Positions 8,504-18,653 of a stretch of 32,000 nt of DNA are shown here, piece after piece. Origin of the DNA: Methanothermobacter thermautotrophicus str. Delta H (lineage in GTDB: Archaea > Methanobacteriota > Methanobacteria > Methanobacteriales > Methanothermobacteraceae); NCBI RefSeq assembly GCF_000008645.1, contig NC_000916.1, positions 1,680,001 through 1,712,000 on the forward strand, given 5' to 3'. The notes below the pieces were generated by a model. It was not told the DNA's origin. It saw only the letters and a list, made by a program, of their open reading frames with translations, and searched no databases. The translations under genes and the position numbers were made by a program. Within the stretch, counting starts at the first letter, position 1. Each line of letters starts with the position of its first letter.

Positions 8504-10359
8504 TGGAACTGGAGGATATACTTAACGCCAGAGAGGGCGATAAACTGTTCTTACTTGGAAACGAGGCTACTGTGAGGGCAGCGATAGAGTCAGGGGTGGG
8601 GGTTGCAAGCACCTACCCTGGAACACCATCATCGGAGATAGGCAATGTGCTCTCAGGGATCGCAAAGAGGGCAGGAATGTACTTTGAATTCTCTGTGAAT
8701 GAAAAGGTGGCCCTGGAGGTTGCTGCAGCTGCAGCTGCCTCAGGTGTCAGATCATTCACCTTCATGAAACACGTCGGCCTTAACGTGGCCTCTGACTCCT
8801 TCATGAGCACAGCCTACACAGGTGTGAGGGCTGGCATGGTGGTTCTCACAGCCGACGACCCATCCATGTTCTCTTCCCAGAACGAGCAGGACAACAGACA
8901 CTACGCCCGCCTCGCATGCCTCCCTCTCCTGGAACCATCAGATCCCCAGGAGGTACTGGAATTCATGAACCATGCCTTTGAACTATCAGAGGATTACGGC
9001 CTGCCGGTCCTCCTGAGGACAACAACTAGGGTATCCCACATGAGGGGAGTGGTTGAGGTGGGCAGCAGGATGCGTGAACCTTCAGAGGGGTTCTTCAGGA
9101 AGGACCCGGAACGATTTGTACCGGTACCTGCCACCGCGAGGGTGATGCACAGGAAACTTGTTGATAAGATGAAGGAACTGAGGATACGTGCAGATGAATC
9201 AGAACTCAACAGAGTATTCAATGGGGGCAGTGATTCAGAACTCGGGGTAGTGGCCTCAGGCGGGGCCTTCAACTATGTATACGATGCTCTTGAATCCCTT
9301 GGTCTTGAATTACCAGTACTCAAACTTGGATTCACGTATCCATTCCCTGCAGGACTCGTGGAGGAGTTCCTCTCAGGCCTTAAACGTGTTCTGGTTGTTG
9401 AGGAGGTTGACCCCATAATGGAGAGGGAGGTCCTTGCAGTAGCGGGATCCGCCCGCCTGGACCTTGATGTCCATGGAAAACTTGATGGCACACTCCCTGA
9501 GATATACGAGTACAATGAGGACATACTCAGAAAAGCAATATCAGGGCTTACAGGCGCACCATCAGTTGAAAGGGAATGTGATGTCCCGGATATACCTGAA
9601 AGACCTCCTTCACTCTGTCCGGGATGTCCGCACAGGGCTGTCTATTACGCCGTGAGGAGGGCTGCTGATGAACTGGAACTCTCAGGGGATGAGATAATAT
9701 TCCCGACAGATATAGGTTGTTACACCCTTGGAATAGAGCCTCCATACTCTGCAGCCGATTACCTCCTGAGCATGGGATCCAGCATAGGAACCTCCTGTGG
9801 ATTCTCAGCCGCGACCACCCAGAGGATAGTCTCCTTCATAGGTGACTCCACATTCTTCCATGCAGGCATACCCCCACTCATAAATGCTGTGCACAACAAG
9901 CAGAGATTTGTGCTGGTTGTCCTCGATAACAGGACAACGGCCATGACGGGTGGTCAGCCACACCCGGGCCTGCCTGTAGATGGGATGGGTGATGAGGCCC
10001 CTGAGATCTCCATTGAGGAAATAGTGAGGGCCTCTGGAGTTGAATTTGTGGAGACGGTGAACCCCATGAACATAAAAAGAACATCAGAAACAGTTAAACG
10101 GGCCCTGGAACATGAATCCGTGGCTGTGGTGATCTCAAAGTATCCGTGCATGCTCTCCTCTGGAGCGGTCCGGGGGAGGCCAATGGCTGTTGATGGGGAG
10201 AAATGTGATCTCTGTCTGGAATGCATCAGGGACCTTGCCTGCCCTGCGATGGTGACCCGTGAGGGGGAGGTGTTCATAGACCCTCTAAAGTGCAGGGGAT
10301 GCAGTGTATGCCTCCAGATATGTCCCGCAGGAGCAATAAAACCGGAGGGAAAAGGATGA
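8503..10359 (+). CDS. iorA: indolepyruvate ferredoxin oxidoreductase alpha subunit
   Basis: 618-aa ORF: [67 protein letters not shown], and C-terminal ferredoxin motifs [14 protein letters not shown] and [12 protein letters not shown]. Confidence 0.96.
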   Translation: MELEDILNAREGDKLFLLGNEATVRAAIESGVGVASTYPGTPSSEIGNVLSGIAKRAGMYFEFSVNEKVALEVAAAAAASGVRSFTFMKHVGLNVASDSFMSTAYTGVRAGMVVLTADDPSMFSSQNEQDNRHYARLACLPLLEPSDPQEVLEFMNHAFELSEDYGLPVLLRTTTRVSHMRGVVEVGSRMREPSEGFFRKDPERFVPVPATARVMHRKLVDKMKELRIRADESELNRVFNGGSDSELGVVASGGAFNYVYDALESLGLELPVLKLGFTYPFPAGLVEEFLSGLKRVLVVEEVDPIMEREVLAVAGSARLDLDVHGKLDGTLPEIYEYNEDILRKAISGLTGAPSVERECDVPDIPERPPSLCPGCPHRAVYYAVRRAADELELSGDEIIFPTDIGCYTLGIEPPYSAADYLLSMGSSIGTSCGFSAATTQRIVSFIGDSTFFHAGIPPLINAVHNKQRFVLVVLDNRTTAMTGGQPHPGLPVDGMGDEAPEISIEEIVRASGVEFVETVNPMNIKRTSETVKRALEHESVAVVISKYPCMLSSGAVRGRPMAVDGEKCDLCLECIRDLACPAMVTREGEVFIDPLKCRGCSVCLQICPAGAIKPEGKG

Positions 10360-10946
10360 ACTACAATATTTACGTCTGTGGCGTGGGCGGCCAGGGCATA
10401 ATAAAGACCTCGGTCATAATCGGCGAGGCTGCAATGAAAAAGGACATCAACGTCGTTATGAGTGAAATACACGGGATGGCCCAGAGGGGAGGGTCGGTCT
10501 CAACTGAGATAAGGATTGGTGAAGTCCATGGATCCATCATCCCCGATGGAGAAGCCGATCTTGTGCTGGCCTTCGAACCACTTGAGGCCATCAGGGCCCT
10601 TCCAAAGATGTCTGAAGAATCAGAGGTCATCCTGAACACGTCAGTGATACCACCCTTCAACCTCATGAGGAGCCCGCACCCCTACCCGCCACTTGATGAG
10701 ATCATGTCAACCCTTGAGGAGAGGGCAGGGAGTGTCAGGGGATTCAATGCAGAGGAAATTGCCCTGAAGGCAGGTCACATACTCTCCCTCAACATGGTGA
10801 TGCTTGGAGCTGCAGCAGCCACCCCGGGATTCCCTCTCGAATCGGAGTCACTGATCAGTTCCATGAGGGATAACCTGCCATCCAGACTGATTGATGTGAA
10901 TCTGAGGGCATTCAGGGATGGATTCGGGGCTGCAGCTGAGTCCTGA
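10356..10946 (+). CDS. iorB: indolepyruvate ferredoxin oxidoreductase beta subunit
   Basis: [58 protein letters not shown] 10356 overlaps the iorA TGA (ATGA). The ORF track start at 10290 is an over-extension. Confidence 0.95.
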   Translation: MNYNIYVCGVGGQGIIKTSVIIGEAAMKKDINVVMSEIHGMAQRGGSVSTEIRIGEVHGSIIPDGEADLVLAFEPLEAIRALPKMSEESEVILNTSVIPPFNLMRSPHPYPPLDEIMSTLEERAGSVRGFNAEEIALKAGHILSLNMVMLGAAAATPGFPLESESLISSMRDNLPSRLIDVNLRAFRDGFGAAAES

Positions 10947-10993
10947 GATGCTGTTAGAATGAGTGTCAGTGTCTGATGCTTCTGAGAGGGGTT

Positions 10994-11425
10994 TTAGAGG
11001 ATGAGGATGTCATCCGAGGACAGGACGGGTATACCTGCATCCTCAAGGGCCCTTATGCCCTCATCCACATCCTCTGTCCTTATGACCACAACGGCCTTTT
11101 CACCCTTCTTCTCAACGAAGGCATAGATGTATTCAACATTTATGTCATGGTCTGTGAGGACTCCAAGTATTCCATCAAGGCCGCCTGGTTCATCCGGGAC
11201 CTCCACGGCTATCACATCGTTGACCCTCACAACGAAGTTTCTCTCCTCAAGGGCCCTCCTGGCCAGTTCAGGGTCGGAGACTATCATCCTGAGTATTCCG
11301 AACTCGGATGTGTCTGCAATTGAAAGTGCCCTGATGTTGATGCCTGCCTCTGAGAGGGCGTGGATGGCATTCTTCAATCTTCCCTTTCTGTTTTCAAGGA
11401 ATACAGATATCTGTTTCAGTTTCAT
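10994..11425 (-). CDS. tandem ACT-domain protein
   Basis: 143 aa: [46 protein letters not shown] ... [33 protein letters not shown]; two ACT repeats. Confidence 0.88.
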   Translation of the reverse strand: MKLKQISVFLENRKGRLKNAIHALSEAGINIRALSIADTSEFGILRMIVSDPELARRALEERNFVVRVNDVIAVEVPDEPGGLDGILGVLTDHDINVEYIYAFVEKKGEKAVVVIRTEDVDEGIRALEDAGIPVLSSDDILIL

Positions 11426-11475
11426 TCAAAACACCTCTTAGCCTTCATTCAATCCATTAACCCTTTCTCGGGTCT

Positions 11476-12777
11476 TCAGTCGAATTTCCTCTTATCTATG
11501 ACCCTGATGGCCTTACCCTCACTCCTGGGAAGACTTCCGGGCTCCACAAGTGTCACGTTAACCCTGAGGCCTATCTCACTGTGTATATGCTTCTCTATCA
11601 TCCTCTTGGCCTCTTCAACGTGTTTAACCTCATCTGAGAAGAGCTCGGGGGATGCCTCCACCTGGACCTCAAGTTCATCAAGGAACTCTGGCCTTGTTAC
11701 AACTATCTGGTAGTGGGGTTCCAGTCCCTTTATCTTGAGGAGGGCCCTCTCTATCTGTGATGGGAACACTATAACGCCACGGATCTTGAGCATATCGTCG
11801 CTTCTACCTGTTATCCTGTCCATCCTTACAAGGGTGCGGCCGCATCCACATTCACCATCTCTGAGGGCTGTTATATCCTTGGTTCTGAACCTAAGGACTG
11901 GCATGCCCTCCCTCGTGAGTGTTGTAAGGACGAGTTCCCCCTTTGTTCCATTGGGGAGTTTCTCCCCGGTTTTGGGGTCTATTATCTCGGGGTAGAAGTG
12001 GTCCTCTGCAATGTGGAGTCCGTTCTTCTCTGTGCACTCCATCGCGACTCCGGGACCTATTATCTCTGTCAGGCCGTAGATGTTAAGGGCTGTGAGGCCC
12101 AGCCTCGCCTCTATGGTTTCCCTCATCTCCTCGGTCCACATCTCTGCACCGAATATCCCTGATTTCAGGTTCAGTTCACCGATATCCACACCCTCCTTCT
12201 CAAGGACCTCTGCAAGGTAGAGTGCATAGGATGGTGTGCATGTTATCACTGTGGTGCCAAAGTCCTGCATTATCTCAATCTGGCGCTTCGTGTTACCTGC
12301 TGAGATGGGGATCACCGTGGCCCCGATTTTCTGGGCACCGTAGTGCACACCCAGACCTCCTGTGAAGAGTCCGTAGCCGTAGCAGTTCTGTATGCGGTCC
12401 TTCCTGGTGGCCATGCCCATTGTCAGGGCCCTTGCCATCACCTCAGACCATATTTCAAGGTCCCTGCTGGTGTAACCTGATACAACGGGTTTACCTGTTG
12501 TCCCTGATGATGTATGCACCTCCACTATCTCCTCGTCGGGTACCGCGAACATACCGAAGGGGTAGGCCTCCCTGAGGTCATTCTTTGTGGTGAATGGTAG
12601 CTTCTCTATGTCATCAAGGGTTTCTATATCCTCGGGGAATACTCCTGCATCTCTCAGACGCTTATTGTAGTAGGGCACGTTTTCGTAGGCTCTTTTGACT
12701 GTATTCTGGAGCCTCCTGAGCTGTAATTCCTGTTTTTCTTCCTGACTCATACATTCGGCTTCAGGGTTCCATATCAT
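11476..12777 (-). CDS. phenylacetate/arylacetate-CoA ligase (PaaK-like)
   Basis: 433 aa: [116 protein letters not shown]. Confidence 0.93.
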   Translation of the reverse strand: MIWNPEAECMSQEEKQELQLRRLQNTVKRAYENVPYYNKRLRDAGVFPEDIETLDDIEKLPFTTKNDLREAYPFGMFAVPDEEIVEVHTSSGTTGKPVVSGYTSRDLEIWSEVMARALTMGMATRKDRIQNCYGYGLFTGGLGVHYGAQKIGATVIPISAGNTKRQIEIMQDFGTTVITCTPSYALYLAEVLEKEGVDIGELNLKSGIFGAEMWTEEMRETIEARLGLTALNIYGLTEIIGPGVAMECTEKNGLHIAEDHFYPEIIDPKTGEKLPNGTKGELVLTTLTREGMPVLRFRTKDITALRDGECGCGRTLVRMDRITGRSDDMLKIRGVIVFPSQIERALLKIKGLEPHYQIVVTRPEFLDELEVQVEASPELFSDEVKHVEEAKRMIEKHIHSEIGLRVNVTLVEPGSLPRSEGKAIRVIDKRKFD

Positions 12778-12884
12778 TTCGATCTCCTTCGATGAGCTTT
12801 CTTGTTTTTTCTGTCTCTAAAGACTTATATGTTAACTGTCATTATCATTAATTATAATTTGATGGATTTAAAGGAGGATGTTGA

Positions 12885-14465
12885 ATGGATCTTTTAGTAC
12901 TCGGTATCGTCGTTCTCATCTACTTCCTTCTTGTGGGCTACGTTGGATACGTGGCATGGAGAAGGACGGAGACCTCAGAGGACTACATGGTGGCCGGTAG
13001 AAGGACCCACCCCTACATCATGGCCATGAGCTATGGAGCCACCTTCATAAGTACGGCGGCCATCGTCGGCTTCGGTGGAATGGCAGGTGTCTTCGGGATG
13101 GGTATACTCTGGCTCGTGTTTCTCAACATACTTGTAGGTATATTCATTGCATTCGTGTTTTTTGGTAAGCGCACAATGAAGATGGGCCACAACATGTCGG
13201 CCCTCACATTCCCGGAATTCCTGGGGAGGAGATTTAACAGCAGATTCCTTCAGTACTTTGGTGGGGCCATAATCTTTCTTGGAATGCCCCTGTATGCATC
13301 CGTTGTCCTGATAGGTGCTGCAAGGTTCATTGAAACAACCCTTGGCCTGGACTTCAGCATCGCCCTGATACTGATGGCTGTCATAGTGGCTGTTTATGTT
13401 GTTCTTGGAGGTATAAGGGGTGTTATGTACACCGACGCCCTTCAGGGCACCATAATGTTCCTTGGAATGATATTCCTTGTTGTATCGACCTACTACCTTC
13501 TTGGCGGAGTTGTGGACGCTCATCAGGCACTCACAAACATTTCACACCTCATACCCGCCAAGGCCAGGGCAATAGGGGCAACTGGCTGGACCAGCATGCC
13601 TTTATATGGTAGCCCCTACTGGTGGACGCTCCTCTCAACAATAATCCTTGGTGTTGGTGTGGGTGTCCTTGCACAGCCCCAGCTCATAGTGAGGTTCATG
13701 ACCGTGAAATCCAACAGGGAGCTCAACAGAGGTGTTCTAATAGGTGCACTCTTCATATTCGTGATGACCTGGAGCGCCTACGTCGTTGGGGCACTTTCGA
13801 ATGTCTACTTCTTCAGGAAGATGGGCATGATAGCGGTGCAGGCTGCTGGTGGAAACGCAGATAAGATAATACCTTTCTTCATAAAGTCTGCCATGCCCGA
13901 GTGGTTCTCGTACATCTTCATGCTGACGCTGCTCTCAGCAGCCATGTCAACACTCAGTGCCCAGTTCCATGTCCAGGGGACTGCCATAGGTAGGGACGTC
14001 TATGAGACAGTAAGAAGGAGGAAGGGTGATAGATCCGTCCTCATCACAAGGGGAGGCATAATAATAGCGGTACTTATAGCGGTGGTCCTCGGCTACCTGC
14101 TACCAGGAAGCATAGTTGCACAGGGAACAGCCCTTTTCTTCGGGATATGTGCAGCATCCTTCCTTTCGGTCTATGTTGCAGCCATATTCTGGAAGAGGGC
14201 CACAAGGCAGGGTGCGATAGCCGGGATGGTTTCAGGAGCCATTGTAAGTCTGTTCTGGCTACTTTTCGAATACAAGAAGACTGCGGAGGCCCTTGGAATC
14301 GCCAAGGCACTCTTCGGGGGCCCGGTTATAGCATCGATGCCATGGCCGGTGGTGGACCCGATACTGGTGGGTGTGCCGGTCTCAGCCATCTTCATGGTGG
14401 CTGTCAGCCTTCTTACGGAACCACCCTCTGATGAGCACATCCAGAAATGTTTTAACGGAGTTTAG
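12885..14465 (+). CDS. sodium:solute symporter family (SSS) transporter
   Basis: 526 aa, multiple TM helices; YMVAGRRTHPYIMAMSYGATFISTAAIVGFGG, ALTFPEFLGRRFNSRFLQYFGG, YVVLGGIRGVMYTDALQG. Confidence 0.93.
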   Translation: MDLLVLGIVVLIYFLLVGYVGYVAWRRTETSEDYMVAGRRTHPYIMAMSYGATFISTAAIVGFGGMAGVFGMGILWLVFLNILVGIFIAFVFFGKRTMKMGHNMSALTFPEFLGRRFNSRFLQYFGGAIIFLGMPLYASVVLIGAARFIETTLGLDFSIALILMAVIVAVYVVLGGIRGVMYTDALQGTIMFLGMIFLVVSTYYLLGGVVDAHQALTNISHLIPAKARAIGATGWTSMPLYGSPYWWTLLSTIILGVGVGVLAQPQLIVRFMTVKSNRELNRGVLIGALFIFVMTWSAYVVGALSNVYFFRKMGMIAVQAAGGNADKIIPFFIKSAMPEWFSYIFMLTLLSAAMSTLSAQFHVQGTAIGRDVYETVRRRKGDRSVLITRGGIIIAVLIAVVLGYLLPGSIVAQGTALFFGICAASFLSVYVAAIFWKRATRQGAIAGMVSGAIVSLFWLLFEYKKTAEALGIAKALFGGPVIASMPWPVVDPILVGVPVSAIFMVAVSLLTEPPSDEHIQKCFNGV

Positions 14466-14477
14466 TGGAGGTCAAGC

Positions 14478-14669
14478 ATGGTACTTGGAATACCTGACCC
14501 ATGGGTATGGGGCGCATATATCCTCTGCATCCTGATAACAGTCTTCTGCGTTATCTACGGCCTGGTGAACTGGAACCGGGGCGGTGAAGATGAGGAAGAA
14601 CAGATAATGGAAGAACTCAGGTGGGAGGAAGAGGAGAAAAGGATGGAAGAGGATGAACTTGGTCTTTAA
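14478..14669 (+). CDS. symporter small accessory protein
   Basis: 63 aa: MVLGIPDPWVWGAYILCILITVFCVIYGLVNWNRGGEDEEEQ, one or two TM segments then an acidic tail, 12 nt after the symporter stop. Confidence 0.8.
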   Translation: MVLGIPDPWVWGAYILCILITVFCVIYGLVNWNRGGEDEEEQIMEELRWEEEEKRMEEDELGL

Positions 14670-14697
14670 GAGGGATCTTCTCCATCTAATCCTTTAA

Positions 14698-14704
14698 TTT
14701 TTTT
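14698..14704 (+). terminator. oligo-T tract downstream of the symporter unit
   Basis: T7 run 28 nt after the stop of the small accessory gene; archaeal intrinsic terminators are T-tracts. Confidence 0.3.
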
Positions 14705-14863
14705 CACCAGGATCTCAGGTTAAACAACAAAGCATGAGAATCCACAGCCCTGAAATTTTTGTTTAAAAATCAGGCCTCTGTGAAGGGCCATGTTAGTTTT
14801 TATGTGTGGTCTGTTTTGTTGCATGACTTCAGAGTGGTAGAGAATCAGCTGATGTTTGGGACT

Positions 14864-14884
14864 AAAAAAATAAAAATAAAAAAA
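14864..14884 (-). terminator. oligo-T terminator-like tract for the YhgE/Pip gene
   Basis: AAAAAAATAAAAATAAAAAAA on + (TTTTTTTATTTTTATTTTTTT on -), 10 nt beyond the stop of the minus-strand gene. Confidence 0.5.
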
Positions 14885-14894
14885 TCAGGGTTTA

Positions 14895-16790
14895 TCAGAA
14901 AAGACCGCTTTCTTCCAGCTTGCTTTCCATCCAGTGAGCTCTCTTATCCATCTTCTCCTTGACGAGAACCGTGATAATGAAGGTTGCCACAGGGAAGAGG
15001 CTGAGAACTGCAATGTTCGTCCAGTAGATGCTCCAGATCACACCACCAACAACCTCCCTCAGGGCGCCAACAGCGTAGGTGAGGGGGAGGTAGGGATGTA
15101 TCGCCTGGAAAAATGGGGGTAGCAGTTCCACAGGGAATATACCGCCGGTACCGGTAATCTGGAGTACAAGAATTATTATTGATAGGGCCTTACCGGCGTT
15201 TCCCAGGGCAGAGGTCAGTGAATATATTATGAGCATGGAGCATACGCTCACATAGATGGATGTGAGCAGCAGTAGCATGCTTCCCGTGGTCTGCACCCTC
15301 AGAAACATTGCACCAGCAACAACAACGAGGGCCTGGAATACTGCTATTATTATGAAGAGGCCCATCCTGCCGAAGTAGACCTGGATGCTACTGTAGTCAC
15401 CGTACTTCACCCTCATGCTTATCATTGCAACTGCGATTATACCGCCTATCCACAGGGATATGGGTATGTAAAATGGTGCCAGTGCAGATCCATAGTTCTT
15501 CACGGGATAGATGTGCTCTTTCTCCATCCTCACAGGGCTCCTGAAGTACTCCCTCACAGCGGAGGGATCAATGTCAGCCAGCTTAACGAGGCTGTTGAGG
15601 TCATCATCGCTGATCATGTTCAGCTTTCTGCTGGCATCCTGGATGGCTGACCTCATGGTCGGCCATCTGGCGTTTGCAATACCTAGCTTCGCTGAAGCAT
15701 CCTGCATTGCAGCGTCTATCTCGTCCCTGCTGTCCATGAGTTTGTTGAGGGCGCTGTCCATCCTGTCGATGGAGGCCTTAAGCTTCACAATCCTGTCAGT
15801 GGTACCCTTTGTTTTGAGATCAGATTCAATTGTCTGCAGTATCCCGAGAACTGAACTGGCCTTCTCTATATTTGTATCAATCTGGTCAATGGCTGTTTTC
15901 AGTTTCGGGTCTCCTGTGGCGGAGTAAAGGCTGGCAAGAACCGCCCGGAGATATTTCATTGAGGTTATTGCCTCTGATAGGTGTGACTCCATGCTCTGGA
16001 CCGTTGAAAGGGCCTTTGCAGGGTCTTTCCCGATGTAACTTTCAAGGAGGCTGTATTTCTCCTTCACAAAGTTGGCGTTGTCCCTGATTTCTGGTAGATC
16101 TGTCTTAAGTGAGGACCACAGATTCTGTCCCTTTTCCAGGTCTGAGTTGGCGGTGCTGAGTGTTTCATCGATTTTACCGAGATTTCCATTAAGCTCATTG
16201 ACGAATCTCTTTGTCCTCAGTATATCGTCCCTGTTTGCCCTTGCAAGTTCACCCGCTTCGCTTATCTTACCGAATACTATTCCATCAATTGTTTTAACGA
16301 CTTCACTGTTTATCTTTGCCTGGAGGGCATCTGCCCCAGCGTTTGTTATCCTTGGCGCAACAGGGTTTAACTTGTCATTCACCATGTACTTTATACTTGC
16401 CTGTCTGGGGGTCCCGTTCTTTATTGAGAGGAGGTCGGAGCTGAAGTTTCCAGGTATTATGAGAACGGCGTAGTATTTTCCCTTCCTCAGGCCGTCCATT
16501 GCATCGGATCGGTCAACGAACTGCCAGTCGAAGTTCCTGTTCTTCCTGAGTTCACTGACAAATTCTGCACCCACGTTCAGGTGTGTGCCATTGAAATCCG
16601 CTCCCATGTCCTCATTGACAACAGCAACCTCTATACTGGAGGTCCTTGAGTATGGATCAAGGGTCGCCTGGATGTTGAATACGGCGTAGAGCGCCGGGAT
16701 GCAGATTATAACTGCGATGACGAAGAGTACAACTGGACTGTTTTTAACGGTCTTCATATCCTTCCAGAATATTTCCAGGGCCTTTCTCAT
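14895..16790 (-). CDS. YhgE/Pip-type ABC-2 family membrane protein
   Basis: 631 aa: KNSPVVLFVIAVIICIPALYAVFNIQATLDPYSRTSSIEVAVVNEDMGADFNG, a long coiled middle region, C-terminal TM bundle with HPYLPLTYAVGALREVVGG. Confidence 0.88.
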   Translation of the reverse strand: MRKALEIFWKDMKTVKNSPVVLFVIAVIICIPALYAVFNIQATLDPYSRTSSIEVAVVNEDMGADFNGTHLNVGAEFVSELRKNRNFDWQFVDRSDAMDGLRKGKYYAVLIIPGNFSSDLLSIKNGTPRQASIKYMVNDKLNPVAPRITNAGADALQAKINSEVVKTIDGIVFGKISEAGELARANRDDILRTKRFVNELNGNLGKIDETLSTANSDLEKGQNLWSSLKTDLPEIRDNANFVKEKYSLLESYIGKDPAKALSTVQSMESHLSEAITSMKYLRAVLASLYSATGDPKLKTAIDQIDTNIEKASSVLGILQTIESDLKTKGTTDRIVKLKASIDRMDSALNKLMDSRDEIDAAMQDASAKLGIANARWPTMRSAIQDASRKLNMISDDDLNSLVKLADIDPSAVREYFRSPVRMEKEHIYPVKNYGSALAPFYIPISLWIGGIIAVAMISMRVKYGDYSSIQVYFGRMGLFIIIAVFQALVVVAGAMFLRVQTTGSMLLLLTSIYVSVCSMLIIYSLTSALGNAGKALSIIILVLQITGTGGIFPVELLPPFFQAIHPYLPLTYAVGALREVVGGVIWSIYWTNIAVLSLFPVATFIITVLVKEKMDKRAHWMESKLEESGLF

Positions 16791-16938
16791 GGGTTTTATG
16801 CCTCCAAAAATAAAATATATTTTTGTAAGAAAAACAACTTAATGGATATCATAATATAAAAGTCTTTCGGTGAACTGCATTTAAAATTATAAATACCAAT
16901 AGGACCAATAATAAATACAGTGATTAAATGGTGGTATT
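16791..16938. promoter_or_regulatory. divergent promoter region
   Basis: AT-rich 148-bp gap between divergent genes with TATA-like runs on both strands (AAAATATATTTTT, AAAATTATAAATA). Confidence 0.5.
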
Positions 16939-17172
16939 ATGAGAATAGTTGAGGAAATGGTTGGCAAAGAGGTTCTTGACAGCTCTGCAAAGGTCATAGG
17001 GAAGGTAAAGGACGTGGAAGTCGACATAGAATCCCAGGCAATAGAATCACTTGTTCTTGGGAAGGGCGGAATATCAGAGGGCCTTGGCCTATCAAAGGGT
17101 GAAACAATAGTCCCCTATGAAATGGTCAAGAAGATAGGTGACAAGATACTCCTCAAAGGCCCTGAAGAATAG
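16939..17172 (+). CDS. PRC-barrel domain protein
   Basis: 77 aa: MRIVEEMVGKEVLDSSAKVIGKVKDVEVDIESQAIESLVLGKGG ... [21 protein letters not shown]; typical archaeal PRC-barrel. Confidence 0.88.
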   Translation: MRIVEEMVGKEVLDSSAKVIGKVKDVEVDIESQAIESLVLGKGGISEGLGLSKGETIVPYEMVKKIGDKILLKGPEE

Positions 17173-17356
17173 ACCCCAGGGGCCGGTGAAGAGATTGGAG
17201 CTCAGGGGAATCTGCAGCATCTGCGGGCGTGCAGGTTTTCTTCACACGTGTAGACTTTGCGGGGCACAGGTATGTTCAGATTGCTACGTTCCAGAGCTGG
17301 GAGTCTGTAAGATATGCAGGTCAAAAATACAGAGGAACTCAGAAGGGAGCTTATAG
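17138..17356 (+). CDS. small Cys-rich zinc-binding protein
   Basis: Up to 72 aa (internal GTG 17186 also plausible): [42 protein letters not shown], four CxxC-type motifs. Overlaps the start of pyrE. Confidence 0.75.
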   Translation: MTRYSSKALKNRPQGPVKRLELRGICSICGRAGFLHTCRLCGAQVCSDCYVPELGVCKICRSKIQRNSEGSL

Positions 17357-17856
17357 AACTTCTGTCTGAAATGGATGTCGTTCAGAGGGGTAAATTCATC
17401 CTCTCATCAGGCAGGGAAAGCGATTACTACGTTGATATAAAGAGGGCGGTAACGGAGCCGGCTGTCCTTGACGTTATAGCGAGGTTAATAGCCGATGCGG
17501 CCGGTGAAGTGGACAGGATAGCAGGTCCTGCCCTTGGAGCGGTCCCAATAGCCACTGCGGTGTCACTCTACTCCAGAAAACCGCTCCTGATGATAAGAAA
17601 GGAGAAAAAGGGATACGGAACATCAAAACTCATTGAGGGGGATCTGCAGAAAGGTGACAGGGTTGCCGTGGTTGAGGACGTTACAACGACTGGCGGGTCT
17701 CTTCTTAAGGCTGTTAGGGCAATTCAGGAGAACGGTGGGATCGTTGAGAAGGCATTTGTTATTGTTGACCGTGAGGAAGGGGCTGTAGACGAATTTAAAA
17801 GGGAGGGCATAACCCTCATACCCCTCCTTTCGGTATCTGACTTCAACCATTCCTGA
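17314..17856 (+). CDS. pyrE: orotate phosphoribosyltransferase (PyrE-like)
   Basis: 180 aa: [81 protein letters not shown] (PRPP-binding loop). Confidence 0.93.
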   Translation: MQVKNTEELRRELIELLSEMDVVQRGKFILSSGRESDYYVDIKRAVTEPAVLDVIARLIADAAGEVDRIAGPALGAVPIATAVSLYSRKPLLMIRKEKKGYGTSKLIEGDLQKGDRVAVVEDVTTTGGSLLKAVRAIQENGGIVEKAFVIVDREEGAVDEFKREGITLIPLLSVSDFNHS

Positions 17857-17879
17857 ACATTCTCTTATTATTTTTTTCA

Positions 17880-18419
17880 CTATTCCCGCAGGTGCTTCAC
17901 AAGGTGACCGATCTCCGGGACCACAATTTCGATTCCAAGCTTAACCGCGTTGGGCGATCCCGGCAGTGCAAATATGAGGGTCCCCCGGTAAACGCCTGCA
18001 GTTGCCCTGCTGAGTATTGCCCCGGCTCCAAGCTCCTTGAATGAGAGATACCTGAATATCTCACCGAAACCATCAAGTTCCTTTTCAAAGATCCCCCTGA
18101 GTGTCTCAACGGTTATATCACGGCTCCCGATGCCGGTGCCGCCTGTGGTGAATATGACTGATACCCCTTCATCGATCATGTCATGAATTGTAGAGATGAG
18201 CTTCTCACCATCGTCGGGTATCACAGTGTATTCTGAAACACTGTAATCATGGGAGAGTGCATCAACAAGGAGTCTGCCAGATGTGTCACTTTCGGGTATT
18301 TCACCGGTCTCCTGGAACTCCCGGTACTTTGAATCACTGAGGGTGATGACACCGCAGCTGATATCCTCTGGAGCTGAGGCCCTGTGCTCCTCCATACTCT
18401 GACTTTTCATATTCATCAA
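17880..18419 (-). CDS. moaB: molybdenum cofactor biosynthesis protein B
   Basis: 179 aa: ISCGVITLSDSK ... SVIFTTGGTGIGSRDITVETLRGIFEKELDGFGEIFRYLSFKELGAGAILSRATAGVYRGTLIFALPGSPNAVKLG. Confidence 0.93.
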   Translation of the reverse strand: MMNMKSQSMEEHRASAPEDISCGVITLSDSKYREFQETGEIPESDTSGRLLVDALSHDYSVSEYTVIPDDGEKLISTIHDMIDEGVSVIFTTGGTGIGSRDITVETLRGIFEKELDGFGEIFRYLSFKELGAGAILSRATAGVYRGTLIFALPGSPNAVKLGIEIVVPEIGHLVKHLRE

Positions 18420-18568
18420 CCGTCTACTTAATACTGAATTATGGATGTAACAATTTATTTATGTGGGCGTGATTTATAAGTCTTCTGGTTTTTAGCTTAC
18501 CGAAAATGATTATAATCCCCTTTCTGACAAGGAGAGAAAAGTAATAAAAATTTATGACGATTTGGTCT

Positions 18569-18653
18569 GGGTAGGGTTTGATATTGGATTGGAGGCGGTT
18601 TCAATTCCAATTTAAAAGACCAGAATAAGTTTTAAAAGTCCTGGACCCTACCC
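18569..18653 (+). ncRNA. putative structured RNA element, 9-bp closing stem enclosing internal hairpins (strand assumed)
   Basis: GGGTAGGGT (18569-18577) pairs with ACCCTACCC (18645-18653). Inside, ATTGGATTG (18583-18591) pairs with CAATTCCAAT (18602-18611) with one bulge, and CCAG (18620-18623) with CTGG (18641-18644). TATA-like AATAAAAATTTA lies just upstream. Confidence 0.3.

Noticed and set aside
9954-10472. 172-aa minus-strand ORF antisense to iorA/iorB
   Set aside because: Antisense to strongly supported genes with clear domain motifs; its translation is low-complexity and Ser/Thr/Ile-rich with no recognisable family.
12975-13523. 182-aa minus-strand ORF antisense to the symporter gene
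   Set aside because: His/Tyr-rich, non-protein-like composition opposite a clear SSS transporter.
14759-14962. 67-aa plus-strand ORF
   Set aside because: Runs through A-rich terminator-like sequence (KKIKIKK) and into the 3' end of the opposite-strand YhgE/Pip gene.
18597-18626. GGTTTCAATTCCAATTTAAAAGACCAGAAT resembles archaeal CRISPR-repeat wording (TTTCAAT...)
   Set aside because: It occurs only once, with no regularly spaced copies and no cas genes. The similarity is partial and is explained as part of the hairpin-forming element.
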